This document shows positions 37,740-50,789 of a stretch of DNA of 64,000 nucleotides, piece after piece. Made by a program: the position numbers and the translations under genes. The DNA comes from Octopus sinensis (lineage: Eukaryota). Numbering within the stretch: the stretch's first letter is position 1; every line of letters starts with the position of its first letter. The notes below the pieces were generated by a model. That model saw only the letters and a list, made by a program, of their open reading frames with translations. It ran no database searches and was not told the DNA's origin. Location: the NCBI RefSeq assembly GCF_006345805.1, contig NC_043000.1, forward strand, positions 125,736,001-125,800,000. The letters run 5' to 3'.

Positions 37740-38510
37740 TGCACACCATTTTTTGATGAATTTGCATAATCTCCAAGAATGCTTGCATATATGTTGATGG
37801 TGTCACCTATCTCTCCACCTTCCTTCTGTAACCTTCTGCATGCAATCCTCCCATGAATCACCTCATGCCAAACCTTCACTGTTTCTATGAATGGGAACCG
37901 AAAGCCATTCTCCATCTTGTTTCATTTCACAGAAACACACATAGTTATTGCCGATATTAAAGAAACAACTTTGTACTCCATTTTGCTTATCATAGACAGT
38001 GCAGCCACAAACTCTTAAAATCACTCTGCTTACAGGGCTTGTAACCAGTGATGATCTCATCTGGCAATTTCACATTCACAACAGAACAAAACTGCATCAC
38101 AATAATTGGACTTCATCTTTATAGCCAGAAAATACTTCAGTTGTTAACATTCTTCAGGGTTCATATGAGACCCACTATGGAATACTGACCCCACTTCTGA
38201 GTGCTGCTAGCTGCTACACACACAAACATCCTAGACTATATCCTACCCTCTGATGAGCATGCAGTCATTGACCAGACCACTTTCAAGCCTATTGATGAGG
38301 TGTCACCTTTCTCTGGCTTTTCTGCTGATACTACAGCAAGTTCTACCTCCCTGACCTGGCTGGCATTGTACCACCTCCACCCTAGTCTATCCAACTCACT
38401 GCCTCTCCCCTCCTGTCATCATCCCTATTAACTCTTAAAACCCTGACAGCATGCTTTTTCTCTGGACTCATCAACTAGCAGATTTCCAAGAACATCATAA
38501 GCAGCATTGA
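37740..38510 (+). mobile_element. Degraded CR1-type LINE 3' fragment
   Basis: Remnants CIYVDGVTY (YADD-like), SDDLIWQFHI, MRPTMEY and AATHTNILD. Confidence 0.65.
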
Positions 38511-40235
38511 TATTACCATTCACCAAGAGCTTCTTCATGACCAAAACATTTTTAAAAAATATCAATTCATACGGCATATATTTTTGTTTCAATTTATATC
38601 CTAGGTTTGCAAACTATAGCATTATCGGTTATACATTTCCAGTGAGTTAATCATTGCATTTCTGATTCTGTGAGGGTAAAGTGGTATCCATGCACTTAGC
38701 CTTTGAAAGCCTGTATTTTGTAATGCAAAATGGTTCAGCCAAGTGAATAAAGTGCCTGCCATCAATATGGATCTTTGCATTGAATATTTAGAGGCCATAC
38801 ACAGATATGAATGTACAAGCCATTGTAAAATGACATCTTTCAGACTGTGGTGATAGCATTGCTCTGTGTTCAGTGTTTTGGCTGTGTGTGTGTGTGTGTG
38901 TAATTTGTGGAGTTATATTGCTTTAGTTACCAGTCTCCAACATTTTAACCTGTTGCTGGTGTTGTTTTTTAGCAACTTTTTTAGCATCATTGCAGTTAGC
39001 TGCAATGATCTAAAAAGCTTTCTTTTCCATAGTAGGGAGTTAATTGTTTGTATCAGTCATAATGTTTTTGAGCGACTCTTTCTTTCTAGTCCAACTTACA
39101 TGGGAATTTGCCTATAAGCAGAGGTGTCATCTTTTTCCCACACCAACTTGCTGTTTATGGTTTACACAGAGAATCTCAAAGCTCATTTTTATTGGCTGCC
39201 TGCAATTCTTAAAGTGCAGTGCAAGCTTTCATGGGCTTCATAGCATTCCTTGATGAAAACACTGCTTTATAATTTCATGGCTCAAATGTTACAATTCAAT
39301 TGTCTGCGTAGGCTTTCATCCTGACAAGCTCTCTCCGTTTAAGTTGACTTCTGCCACACTGCTTTCTTCCGCTGATCTCACTGATGCCAAATGCATGAAT
39401 GTGCTAACATATAGCTGTCAGAGATGATGTTACCCATCTAGGAAGGCTGGAGAACAAAAGTGAGTGCCCACCCACCCCTCCGTGTCAGGCTATGAGGGAC
39501 TAGAGCATTGAAGGGAGCTAGATCATGTTGACCTGAACGGGTAGCCTTAATAGATCGTGCATGAAAAATTAGATTTACACACATACACATTAATACATGT
39601 GTGGAGATTTATATTTATATATAAAAATTTATATCCATTTAAAATCAGTGGATGACACACTTTTTTATATTCGATTTTACATATAGAGGACACACATGAT
39701 TAATTCAGTAATATTTTGTGAATGAATAAAGCTCCCACTCCACTCTCCCCCTTTGCTCTTTCTCTATATCTCCCTTTTTCTCTCTCTCCCTCTATACACA
39801 CACACACACATATATATATATATATCTTTACATACACTGTGTATTTTTATATATCTACTTTCTACTTTGTATGTGTAGCCAATAGTTAGACTGTGATTTA
39901 CTGATGAAGTCTAATAAAACCAGAACATATCCAGAGTTATCATTTCTCCCCAAAGACTTGATTCACTGCCTATGGCATTTCGTATATAATTTATTTTAAT
40001 TATTATTCTGCATGTTTTTCCGCTTGTTGCATCTCATTTTCCTACTTACCAGAATTAGCGACTAAGAAATTTATTGCTCATATCACTAAATGGTGTTATT
40101 TTAATTAAAATCATTAGAATTCTTTTGTCAACTCCAGTAGATGTACTATCATCTACTTTACTGTTGGTTTTGCATCGTAAGAAATAGCTCTAGGTACTTT
40201 TATCAAGTCATTCAGTTTGATGTATATGTAGATAT

Positions 40236-40240
40236 ACATA

Positions 40241-40281
<41 letters not shown>

Positions 40282-40748
40282 TGCTCACATACACGCACAT
40301 ACATCATACACATATATATGTACAAGTAATACATAAGATGATGCAGTGGATTATAGGATATGCATATTGCTGGACAATATGCCTTGTGGCATTTTACCAA
40401 ACTTCCTTATAGCCCCAGTTTCTTGGCTCATCTCTCAGTGGAGTTGACATCAATTATGCATTCTTCTGGGGTGGATAAATTATTGAAGTACAATCAATTC
40501 TGTCCTCCCTCTATTTGTCAGGTAGTGTGCCCATACTATGCTATATACATACATATATACATACATGCATACAGACATATATTGTTTTTAAGAAAATGAA
40601 TGAAAATGACTTTTTGTGCACTTTAATGATTTTGTGAGCATCTAATTATTAAAGTGTAAAAAATGATCAGAAAAGTCATTCTTATTAATTTTTTTTTTCC
40701 AAAATATTTAATATCATACCAAGAACAGTCCATTTTAATTCTACTACT

Positions 40749-40789
<41 letters not shown>

Positions 40790-41009
40790 CACATACATAT
40801 ATACATATATATGTATGTATATATTTAAAAATATATATATATACACATACATATATATAAACATATATAGACAAACGCGCGTATATATATATATATATAC
40901 ACACACATACACATGCACATATATATATTTAAAATGTTATATCTTTTAGTTGTACTTATGTATGTATTTGCATATATATGCACATGCACACACACTCACA
41001 CAGACATAT

Positions 41010-41047
<38 letters not shown>

Positions 41048-41564
41048 AAACACACACAAAAGTACAACTAAACTTTGTAATTCTTAGTAGTTGAAAGTAT
41101 TATTAAGAAATAAAAGATAAGTGAAAATAAGTTTTTGTCTATGTGTATGTATGTGTTTGTGGGTGTGAGAGAAGCAAAATGATGATTACCCAAATCATAC
41201 TTTTATGTATGTTGTATGTGTGTGTGGATTAGCTTTAAAGTATTGAGTGCCCTTTCCTTATCAAAAGTAGGATTGTGTGTGTGTATTGATATCCATATTT
41301 TCATTCATGTATATATATATATATAAAATTTATGCTTTATATGTTTTGATTATTAACACAAAACATACTTTTTTATTTTATTCAATTATTTTTATTAATT
41401 TGTATGCATATGAATGCATGTTTTACATTCATACACATGTAAATACAAAATTTTACTTAATAATTCTGTGTACATACCACATATACTCAGTGTGTCGGCT
41501 TAAACTGAAATAGCACATAAGATATATATATATGTATATATTTATATATATATATATATGTATG

Positions 41565-41600
<36 letters not shown>

Positions 41601-41963
41601 TATATATATTCACACATTACATACAAACATATCCACCCACCCACCCACACATGTGTTTGTGTGTGGGAGTGTACATTTGTGTGTATGTGTGTGTGTGTGT
41701 GTGTTGTATGTTCAATAGAATAGAAATGATTTCAGCTGAAATTCTTTTTAATATTCCAAACTTTTTAGATTCCTTGTTTCCATCAGTTTTCATACTTATA
41801 CACACACAGTTGTACTTCTATGTAATGAAATGTACCTATGCACTTTTATGTGTGTGTGTGTTTATATAGTTAGGTAGATATTGTGTCTATGAAACTACTT
41901 ATACATGCACAAAGAAATATTAGTGTCTATGTAATTTAAGATGTGTGTGTGTATGTTTCTGTA

Positions 41964-42031
<68 letters not shown>

Positions 42032-42138
42032 GTATGTATATTTGTCTTTATGTACATATATGTGATTATATACATGTGTACATGACATACATATACTCAT
42101 GTGAATGTATTTGTTTTTATGTATAAAAGGAAGAATGA

Positions 42139-42176
<38 letters not shown>

Positions 42177-42282
42177 CATTCATTCATACATAAATATGTG
42201 TGTTTCAGAAAGAAAGAGTTTTGTATGAAAAGATAAATGGTTAATAATTTTTTACCTTTTTGTTTTTTGCTTCTCTCTATGA

Positions 42283-42329
<47 letters not shown>

Positions 42330-42340
42330 GTGTGTGTGTG
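40236..42340. repeat. Cluster of (TA)n/(CA)n/(TG)n/(CT)n microsatellites
   Basis: Multiple tracts separated by unique AT-rich DNA. Confidence 0.85.
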
Positions 42341-42391
42341 TGTGTGTATGTATGTATCTACTTGTAGTTATGTTTAGCACCAAAGACTTAC

Positions 42392-42492
42392 CTTTGACAA
42401 GTGTAATATCCATTCTTGCCATTGCAGTGATGATGTCTTGTAATCCAAAAGTTGACTGATTTGGAATGTCTGTGTGGGTGGATAGTTGTAAA
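42392..42492 (-). other. 101-nt minus-strand exon, probably a 5' UTR/uORF exon of the nested gene
   Basis: Acceptor gtttttatctatttttcactag| and consensus donor AAG|GTAAGT. No TAA, TAG or TGA in any of the three minus frames. Linkage to the 24208 exon is inferred. Confidence 0.6.
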
Positions 42493-42654
42493 CTAGTGAA
42501 AAATAGATAAAAACAAATATTTTTTCACACTTTTCTTTCCACCTTTATTTTAATACTTATCATCACCAATAAATAATATCAGTACGGAATATAGTTTCCA
42601 CCTTTTTCTTCTTCTTCTTTGGACCCAACATTGTTTTTGTTTTTTTCCTCTCAC

Positions 42655-43010
42655 CTGTTTTTACCTTTCACAGGTAATGTTATTATGTGCTACTGAAGAA
42701 GAATAATCAAGTAGTGTTGTGTTTGCTCTTCATGTGCAGTCAGCAGCCTCCCCCACTCTGGCTTCCCTCCACTCTTCTTTCTCTTTGATTCTGTCACTCC
42801 TCCGCCTTCTCCATTCCTTCCCCCAGTTAGGTGACTGTTTATCTGTGTAAGCGCATATGAGTGTGTGTCTGTGTGTAAGTGTAGCTCTCCCCTTCCACAC
42901 TCACTGCTGTTCTGCCCATCATCTCTCCTACTAACACACTCAAGAAATGGCGGCAGCAGCAGTAGTAGTTTGTGTTGACTGCTAGCAGTCAAAACTTGCA
43001 TTTTGACTAC
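42655..43010 (-). promoter_or_regulatory. Candidate first exon/promoter region of the minus-strand transcript
   Basis: Locally GC-richer, non-repeat sequence with minus-strand donors CAG|GTGAGA (42655) and AAG|GTAAAA (42665), 162-172 nt from the next acceptor. A near-YY1 motif (GCCGCCATTT on minus) lies at 42944-42954. Boundaries are approximate. Confidence 0.4.
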
Positions 43011-43411
43011 TAGATAGTGTCTATAATGCTTACTGTCTCTGTTCCCTTACTCTGTCTTTCTTCTTCTATCTCTCACCCTCTCTCTCATTCTCTCTCATTT
43101 TGTATTATTTCTTTAATTTCCCAAAATTTCTCTGTAATCACGCATACAAACACAAGTCAAACCTTTATATGCGCATACATGTTCCCACGTGTATATTCTC
43201 TTTTAGATGCTCAAGTTATAAACGCTTGTTGCCTCATTGGTATATATATATATATATATATATATGGAATGTGCCCAGTATAGATCTAGGAAGACCATAA
43301 TTCAAATGTGGAGTCAGTACACAATTATGTAGGGTGTATATTTTGATAGTGGAGACCCTTTACAGATCTGAGACAGTTCATGGGTCCTGATGATACACTA
43401 TACTATATATA

Positions 43412-43459
<48 letters not shown>

Positions 43460-46400
43460 CCTTCTTTCTTGTGGTTATCAATGATGGTTAGTTCTCTTTT
43501 GTGAAGAACTCAAAAAGAATATTCATGTATCTTCAAGGAAGAGGTTATTCTCTTGGATTAAACCAGTAAGAACTTTGAAATCAAAACAGTTTTATTAAAT
43601 CCAAAACTTTTCCGCATATCACTGTTTTAAAGTGTAAAATACTCCTAAATATTTGCATAAATTTAGTTAAGTATTTCAAACAAATAATCAAGTTTGTCCA
43701 AGTGATTTCTTTTTAACTTTTTGTTTATAGAATTTATAGAATAGCTAAAAATGTCAGATTAAGTTTTGAGTAATTCTGCTGAATTACTCAAACTTAACTC
43801 AATACTTTTATTTTTTTTATTTTCTTCATGATACCAATCAAACACTAATCAAACACAGTGTTTCTTGTCTCTATCTTTATTCTCACCTACATATATGCAC
43901 AACCTCTGTTAGAATTTTTACTGACATGTCGTTAATATGTTATTCTAGTCATCTTTAAATTGGACTGGTTTGATGTTCATATGAGTTTACATTTCCTATC
44001 TCACATCAAATAGAGAACACAAATTTTGTATCTGGTGTTTACTTATGAATAAATTATCTGTTGAGATAAGATATTCTCAGAAAACTACATCTCATAGTGT
44101 CTTGTCTATCTTTCCCACTGTCTCTTATGATATACTGTCATATTTTAATTTAACATGATTTCTCATTACTGTTGCTTTTTAAATTAGAAATATTTCTCTC
44201 TTGAAATTGTATATTCCACTACATATTTCCAATTAAACATATATCCATACAATAAATAAATAAGCAGAAAAGATAATCTGCAATGATGAATTTTTAAATT
44301 TAAGTGCTCATAAGAAATCATTCTTAAGAAAACCTGACTTCTCACAAATATGTATGTATATGCATGTCTGTATAGTGTGTGTGTTTGTGTACAGATTGCT
44401 CATTGTTTCTAATTAATCAGGCCACTACTCAGGGATAACAAGCATCAACATTTGCCCTTCCTGTTCCTATCTTACCCCCTTATTTGTTAAGGCTTACTAA
44501 TTGTTCTTTTCTCAATATTAGGTGATTTTTCTCTTCCTTGTTTGTATTCTTATAACTTACAAATAAAGATCACTCTCTCTTTCCTTTCCCTATACACACG
44601 CACACATACATACATATTTATAAGGGAATAATATCTGTGCAGTGTATACTGTATAACATTCAATCTTTTGTTGTGACCACGCAAAGCAGGGATATTGTGC
44701 ATGTCTATGTATGTGTGTGTGTGTGTATGGGAGGAGGTGTATGATATAGAATTATAAATATGTTATTATCATCATCATCATCATCATTTTACATATATAT
44801 ATATAATTTACATAAGCAGTTACATTCATTAACTATATATTGTAAAATGTTTGTTTCTAATTCTGTGAATTGGAAGATTGATTCCCACAGTAATATAATA
44901 TGAAGAATAAACAGAGAGTTAGGTTATATGCAGATGCATTGTGTTCAGTATAACATTGTGTTTAGAGAGAATTTTTTTTGTGTGTGTGTGTGTGTATGAG
45001 TGAGTGTTCTATCTCCTTAAACTTATCCAGTTATATGTATGATTGAATATCAATGGGCAACCGGAGGGAAATACACATAAATTTTTCTTGGTGATATTTT
45101 ATTCAATTTTATTCATCATTTGTTATTCCAATAGACAAGTAAAGTCTTTTTTACACAGTTTACTGACTACTGCCTCACTATATAAGGTGGTATTTGTATA
45201 TATTCACTTATTATTTTTATTATTTTTCTATTTGTATTACATTTATTTACTGTTTTTTTTTTTAAACCTCATATTGTAAATTTGGCTTTTGCAAATAATC
45301 TCAATCCTTTACTTTTTGCCCCTTTTTGTGAGGTAGCATGTGAATTTTGCCCTCAGTGTGGGGATATTTTTAGGTTTTTATTTATATATAGGATAATTTA
45401 AAATTCACCCACTAAAACTAAACTATTCAAATTTAAATGAATTCTTGAAATGATATTAATCACTCTACTCAAGTAGAAAGCTCACTATTCTTGAAATGTT
45501 GCTTGAAGCTTTCAAAAATTCTTCTAGTTATTCCAGGAAACTTAACTTTATAATGATTACTAATGTTGTTAAAAAACAAAATTAGAAAATCAATTTTTTC
45601 CCTTTAAATATTCATTATGATGGTTGATTAAAGTTGGCCAAAATTAGATATATTAACTATTAAAATGTGAACATGTCTTGTTTACATATTCAGTGAGATC
45701 ACTTCTCCTAACTAGCACACAAGAATCTTTGTATGGTAGGTAAGAAGCTCAACCTGATGGATATGGCAACTAAAGCTCTTCCAAGTCCTATTAACATCTT
45801 GAAAATGGTACAACACATTGGATAGTGTAGTCCTAGATATAGAAAAAAAGCTGGATGGTCATGGTTTGGTTTTTTTTTCATTGAAAGTCTGATTAATCAG
45901 TGCTTACCTGATATTAAACAAAAATGACAGGAACCTTATTTTTCATAGTTGTAAATTTGAATTAAGATATAGAAAATGATTTTTTTTTTTCTTTTAACCT
46001 TCCAACTCCAAGATAATTTAAAGGTTTGTTTCCTTTAAAAATTATGTAATTATGTTCCTTCACAGCTATATTTCCTTCACATTTACATTTTGGTAGTTTG
46101 ATTTTCTTTGAAGCTTAATAAATGTTTCAGAAATTTTTGTCAAGCACATGTTTATGAAGGTCTTGCCATGCCTTGATTCAAAGTCTGTGACCACAAGTAA
46201 ATTGCTATTTTAATGGAATATTCAACTAACCAAAAAGTCAGATAAGAAACTGGAAAATTACTTGACGTTTTCTTCAGATTTTTAATTATGTAATTCCAAA
46301 GACAAACCGTTGTATTAACAAGATAGTTGATGGAATCTCTTTCAATCTCTGTCTACCTCCACCCAGTGCCTCACACAGAGCAAAAGTCCATTAAGTAGTC

Positions 46401-48172
46401 CAAGATTGATAAAAAAAATTATTTCTTTATTTTTTTTTTTCTCATTGTCTTTATATAAAGAAAACAGCTACTTGTATAGATGAAATGTTCTTTAGTGGAG
46501 TATGTCTTACATATATTTAAGAAACATGTTAATAAACAATTTCCACAGAGTTTTTAGTACTCCATTTACATATTGAAGACAAAATAAGAACAATATTCAG
46601 TATGTATTATTGTATTAGCAATATGAAATATGAAAAATTTTTATTTTTGTTTTTAACAATAACTATAATTTCTAATTTCCTTCTGTACTAAGTTTGTATT
46701 TGCTACAGCAGTTATTTTTATGTATTTTTTTATTGTTTATTTTTATTTTATTTTTCTATTATTTGCTTTTATGTATGTTTTATTGTTTTATATTTGTTGC
46801 TTTCATGTTTACTCCCAGTAACGTTAAGTTAAATGGGTAAAATTGATATTTTAGAAATGGCTTTTTTCTCTTTATTACTATATGTTTGAAATATTTAATA
46901 AAGTAAATATGCATGATTAAAGCCTGTGACTTGAAAGAAATGGAAGTTTGCAGCAAATATGTTTAGTGGTTCTAATGCAAACTTTGAATTCACTCATCCG
47001 GCAATTTTTTTCAATTGCTATTTTATCTTTGTTAGAGTAATGGAGCAAGTCTAAAGTTGTAACTGTAAATTTAAACCTACCTGTATGTGTGTGTGTGTAC
47101 ATATACACACACATACACTTTGTGTGAGCACAGCATGCACTCACATATTTACATAGAAATATGTATATGTGTGCTTTTATACACACACACACACACACAC
47201 ACTTACATACTTACACATGTTTCCTTGCATTTGTCACTTGTCCATCTTTTATGCTAGATGCCATGATATTACATTCAACTGAGAATATTTTTAATGGAAC
47301 AGAAATTGCTTTATGAAGAAGGAATCAAATAAACAAATATATTTGAAAAAAAAAACAAAAAAACAACAGTGAGAGAGAAAATATTGTGATAACTTTCTAT
47401 ATCAAGTAGGCGCCATTCAACATTGTACTTAGATCTCTGAAGATTTTCAATTATTTCTGATTCTATTAGTACTGGTGATAGAAAAATATGTTGGTCAATC
47501 CCAGTTAGCAAATGAGATTTAGCTTAGTTTAATGATCTTGTTCTTGTCAAACGAAATCTAGCCAAACTGTTGCAAAAACATCTGGCTATCATATAGATTA
47601 AAGTATTAACATTTTCATACCATAGGGAGAGGAGCGTTTTTCTTTTTAAAATATATATTATGATTGGTGTTAGTTTGTCATATGTTTCTGAATATTAACA
47701 TAGCAAACTCTTACAAAATACTTCAGTAGATTCCGTTTAATGCTTTCCGCTGTGATCACCACTTATAAACAGTTTCTATTCCATCCTTCATTTTCTCCAT
47801 GTGATCTCGCACTGAACTGTAATTCCCTGGTTTAATCCAAGATTTATTGAAATACTTACATATTACTAGATTTTCTGTAGTAACCGCCAACATTCTCTCT
47901 TCTGGATTGATTATATACCTTATAAGAACTTATTATTATTATTGTTATTATTATTATCATTATTCTTAGAGATTTAGAACTTCTACAGAATCAAGCTTTA
48001 CTTTATTTCCAAATATAAGGTTCACTTAAATATGTCTGATTACGAAATATACTTAATTGTTCCTCTATACTGTTCATATTCAAAATATTATTGCTTGTTG
48101 TATTTTAGGTGAGGTGGTCATTTTTGCCAGTAAGAAACACACACTGGTTTTACCTCACTCATATTATTATTA

Positions 48173-48208
<36 letters not shown>

Positions 48209-48319
48209 CATTATTATTATTATTACTTTCTTTGATATCAGATAATACCTACCAAGTGACAAGTAGTTACCTGGGCTGGTTATTATTACCATCATCATCA
48301 TCATCATCATTATTATTAA

Positions 48320-48534
48320 GGCGGCAAGCTGGCAGAATTGTTACTATGCCAGACTAAATACTTAGCAGCATTTCATCTGTCTGTACATTCTGAGTTCAAA
48401 TGCTGCCAAGGTCAACTTTGCCTTTCCTCCTTTCAGGGTCGATAAAATAAGTACCTGTTCCACACTGGGGTCGATGTAATTGACTTAGTCCCTCCCATCA
48501 AATTTCAGGCTTTGTGCCTATAGTTGAAAGGATT
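48320..48534 (+). mobile_element. SINE S1
   Basis: ggcggcaagctggcagaa...gagttcaaat...tagttgaaaggatt followed by (ATT)n. Confidence 0.85.
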
Positions 48535-48584
48535 GTTATTATTATTATTATCATTATTATTATTATTATTATTATTCAGTTCAA

Positions 48585-48800
48585 GGTTACAAGCTGACAG
48601 AATCATTAGTATGCCATACAAAATGCTTAGCAGCATTTTTACCAACTTTACATTCTGAGTTCAAATTCCACCTAGGTCAGCTTTGCAGTCCATCCTTTCA
48701 GGGTTGATAAAACAAATTCCAGTCAAGCACTGGGGTCAATGTAATCGTCTAGGTCCCTCCCACAAAATTTCAGGCCTTGTGCTTATAGCAGAAAGGATTA
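48585..48800 (+). mobile_element. SINE S1
   Basis: Second head-to-tail copy after an (ATT)n spacer. Confidence 0.8.
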
Positions 48801-49741
48801 TTATTCAGAGCTCAACTTAGCTCCTCCCCTAAAACTGCTGACAGAAATCTATATTTGAAACCATTATCATCATCATCATCATCATTATTGTCATCATTAT
48901 TATTCAACTGGTTAACTAATTCACCAATTAACTAATTGATCGCTTGATTAATTATTTGATCAATCAATCAGTCAGTCATTATCAGAGTCCTTTCATCGCC
49001 ATTGGCAATCTCATCAATGATGTGTCCACCTTACTCTAAGTCTGTACCATTTTGTCTAAACTTCTTTTGTTTGCTCTTTGAATAATGTCACTGACCTTTC
49101 TTCTTTTTGAATTTATTGTCTCTAGAACAGTTTTCCAAATTCTCATGAAAGAGACTGACCATACCTACATAATATTTCCCTCCTCTAAATTTTCATCTTC
49201 TATATTGCAATTTTTATACATGAAACTTCAGCCGTATTTCAACTTCAATTCGTCAACCTTTTAGAATATTAAAGACCAAGTTTTATGGCTAGAGATTCTT
49301 AACATACTTTTATTAACACTTAAACTGGTAAGAAAACCTTCTGTGTTCATACTGACTTATTCATTTGAAGTAAAATACAATAAATCTTGGTAGCTTAGGT
49401 TATATAAATTTGCTTCCTTTTTATAGCATACATTTGATGTTAAGAGGCATTTTCATAAAACTTGGAAGCAACCGTAATATAATTATTGAAGATACTTATT
49501 TGATATATCACACTTGTTGGAAAGCTAAGGAGATAATGGGAATGAAAACAGTGTTTCAGAAATGACACTAAACACAACCTTTTAGTGTTAAGAAAAAGGT
49601 CATAAGACTCAATAAAAATAGCTGTTTTACTTGGATGACAATCACAAAATCATATTTTTGAAGAGCGGCTTCCACTCTCGAAAATATCTTTAACAAGAGT
49701 AAAACCTACAAGTGTGTGTATATATAATGTGTGTGTGTATG

Positions 49742-49777
<36 letters not shown>

Positions 49778-49959
49778 TCTATTTATGGACTTCTAAAATT
49801 TTTACTTTGCAAGTGTTGAAAATGTGACCAAAGAAATGTTATCGTCTGTTTAGATGAGATCAAGTGTGAAAGCATTTGATGTCATGGGTATTTTAATGTT
49901 GTATTGATGGCTTGATCTATTAGTTACTTTCCATTGATCTGCATACGCAGTGCACAGTG

Positions 49960-50130
49960 TGAGTTACATAAAATGTTATTGAGTGTGAATTACGAGTGAA
50001 GAAGTGGTTATCAAAGGAGTTGATCTGGGCTGAGGAATTGAAAGCCAAATTTGGAGAGGTACACAACATATTTTCAGTATTTGGGCAGTTTTGATAATCA
50101 GCTGGAAAGCCAACCGACTGATTTTACTGA
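49960..50130 (+). mobile_element. Possible mariner transposase N-terminal remnant
   Basis: ELRVKKWLSKELIWAEELKAKFGEVH weakly resembles the mariner HTH start; stops follow. Confidence 0.25.
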
Positions 50131-50307
50131 CAGATACAAAATTCTTTCCTTTTATTCAGTGAAGATAAAACTGATAAAAACGGATGAGCTGGCAAATTAT
50201 GTCAGTATTACTGTAAATTGTTACGTTCTGTTTAACTTTATAATAATAAATTAACTCATAAAACCAAGGTATATATATATATATATATATTTTATTTTGA
50301 GGATATA

Positions 50308-50659
50308 CTCTTTACTCTTTTACTTATTTCAGTCATTTAACTGTGGCCACGCTTTTAGTTGAGCAAATAGAGCCCAGCACTTATTTTTTGGTAGCCTAGT
50401 ACTTATTCTATTGGTCTCTTTTGCCAAACTGCTAAGTTATGGGGACATAAACACGCCACCATCGGTTGTCAAGCAATGTTGGGGAGACAAACATATACAC
50501 ACACATACATATATATATATATATACATATATATGATGCGCTTCTTTTCAGTTTGCGTCTACCAAAGACACTTGCCCAAGGTGCCACACAGTGGGAATGA
50601 ACCCAGAACCATGTGGTTGGTAAGCAAGCTACATACCACACAGCCACTTCTGCGCCTAT
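50308..50659 (-). mobile_element. Composite SINE S3
   Basis: Homologous to 7741-8148 and 17166-17854, with a shorter internal microsatellite. Confidence 0.75.
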
Positions 50660-50741
50660 ATGTATATATATATAATTTTTTGTTCGTTATGAAATGAAAA
50701 AACCAAGGCTGTGTAGATTTTAGAACATTTATAGATAGAAG

Positions 50742-50789
50742 GTCTTACACCTGTTTCCAGGATATTTATTGTATCCCTTCATCGGAGAC
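50742..50789 (-). ncRNA. Degenerate minimal type I hammerhead ribozyme (HHR-C)
   Basis: The minus strand reads GUCU-CCGAUGA-A GGGAUA CAAUAAA UAUCCU G-GAAA-CAGGUG-UA/AGAC. It has stem I GUCU/AGAC, a 5-6 bp stem II, near-palindromic stem III ACAGGUGU and a GUA triplet. The core has U4 changed to C. Confidence 0.6.

Noticed and set aside
42947-42984. Plus-strand ATGGCGGCAGCA start-like context
   Set aside because: The ORF ends after 12 codons (MAAAAVVVCVDC*); treated as a possible promoter motif only.
43515-43575. Hammerhead-like layout tctt...agag gttatt ctct...aaaccagtaaga
   Set aside because: Both core strands are destroyed; at most a fossil.
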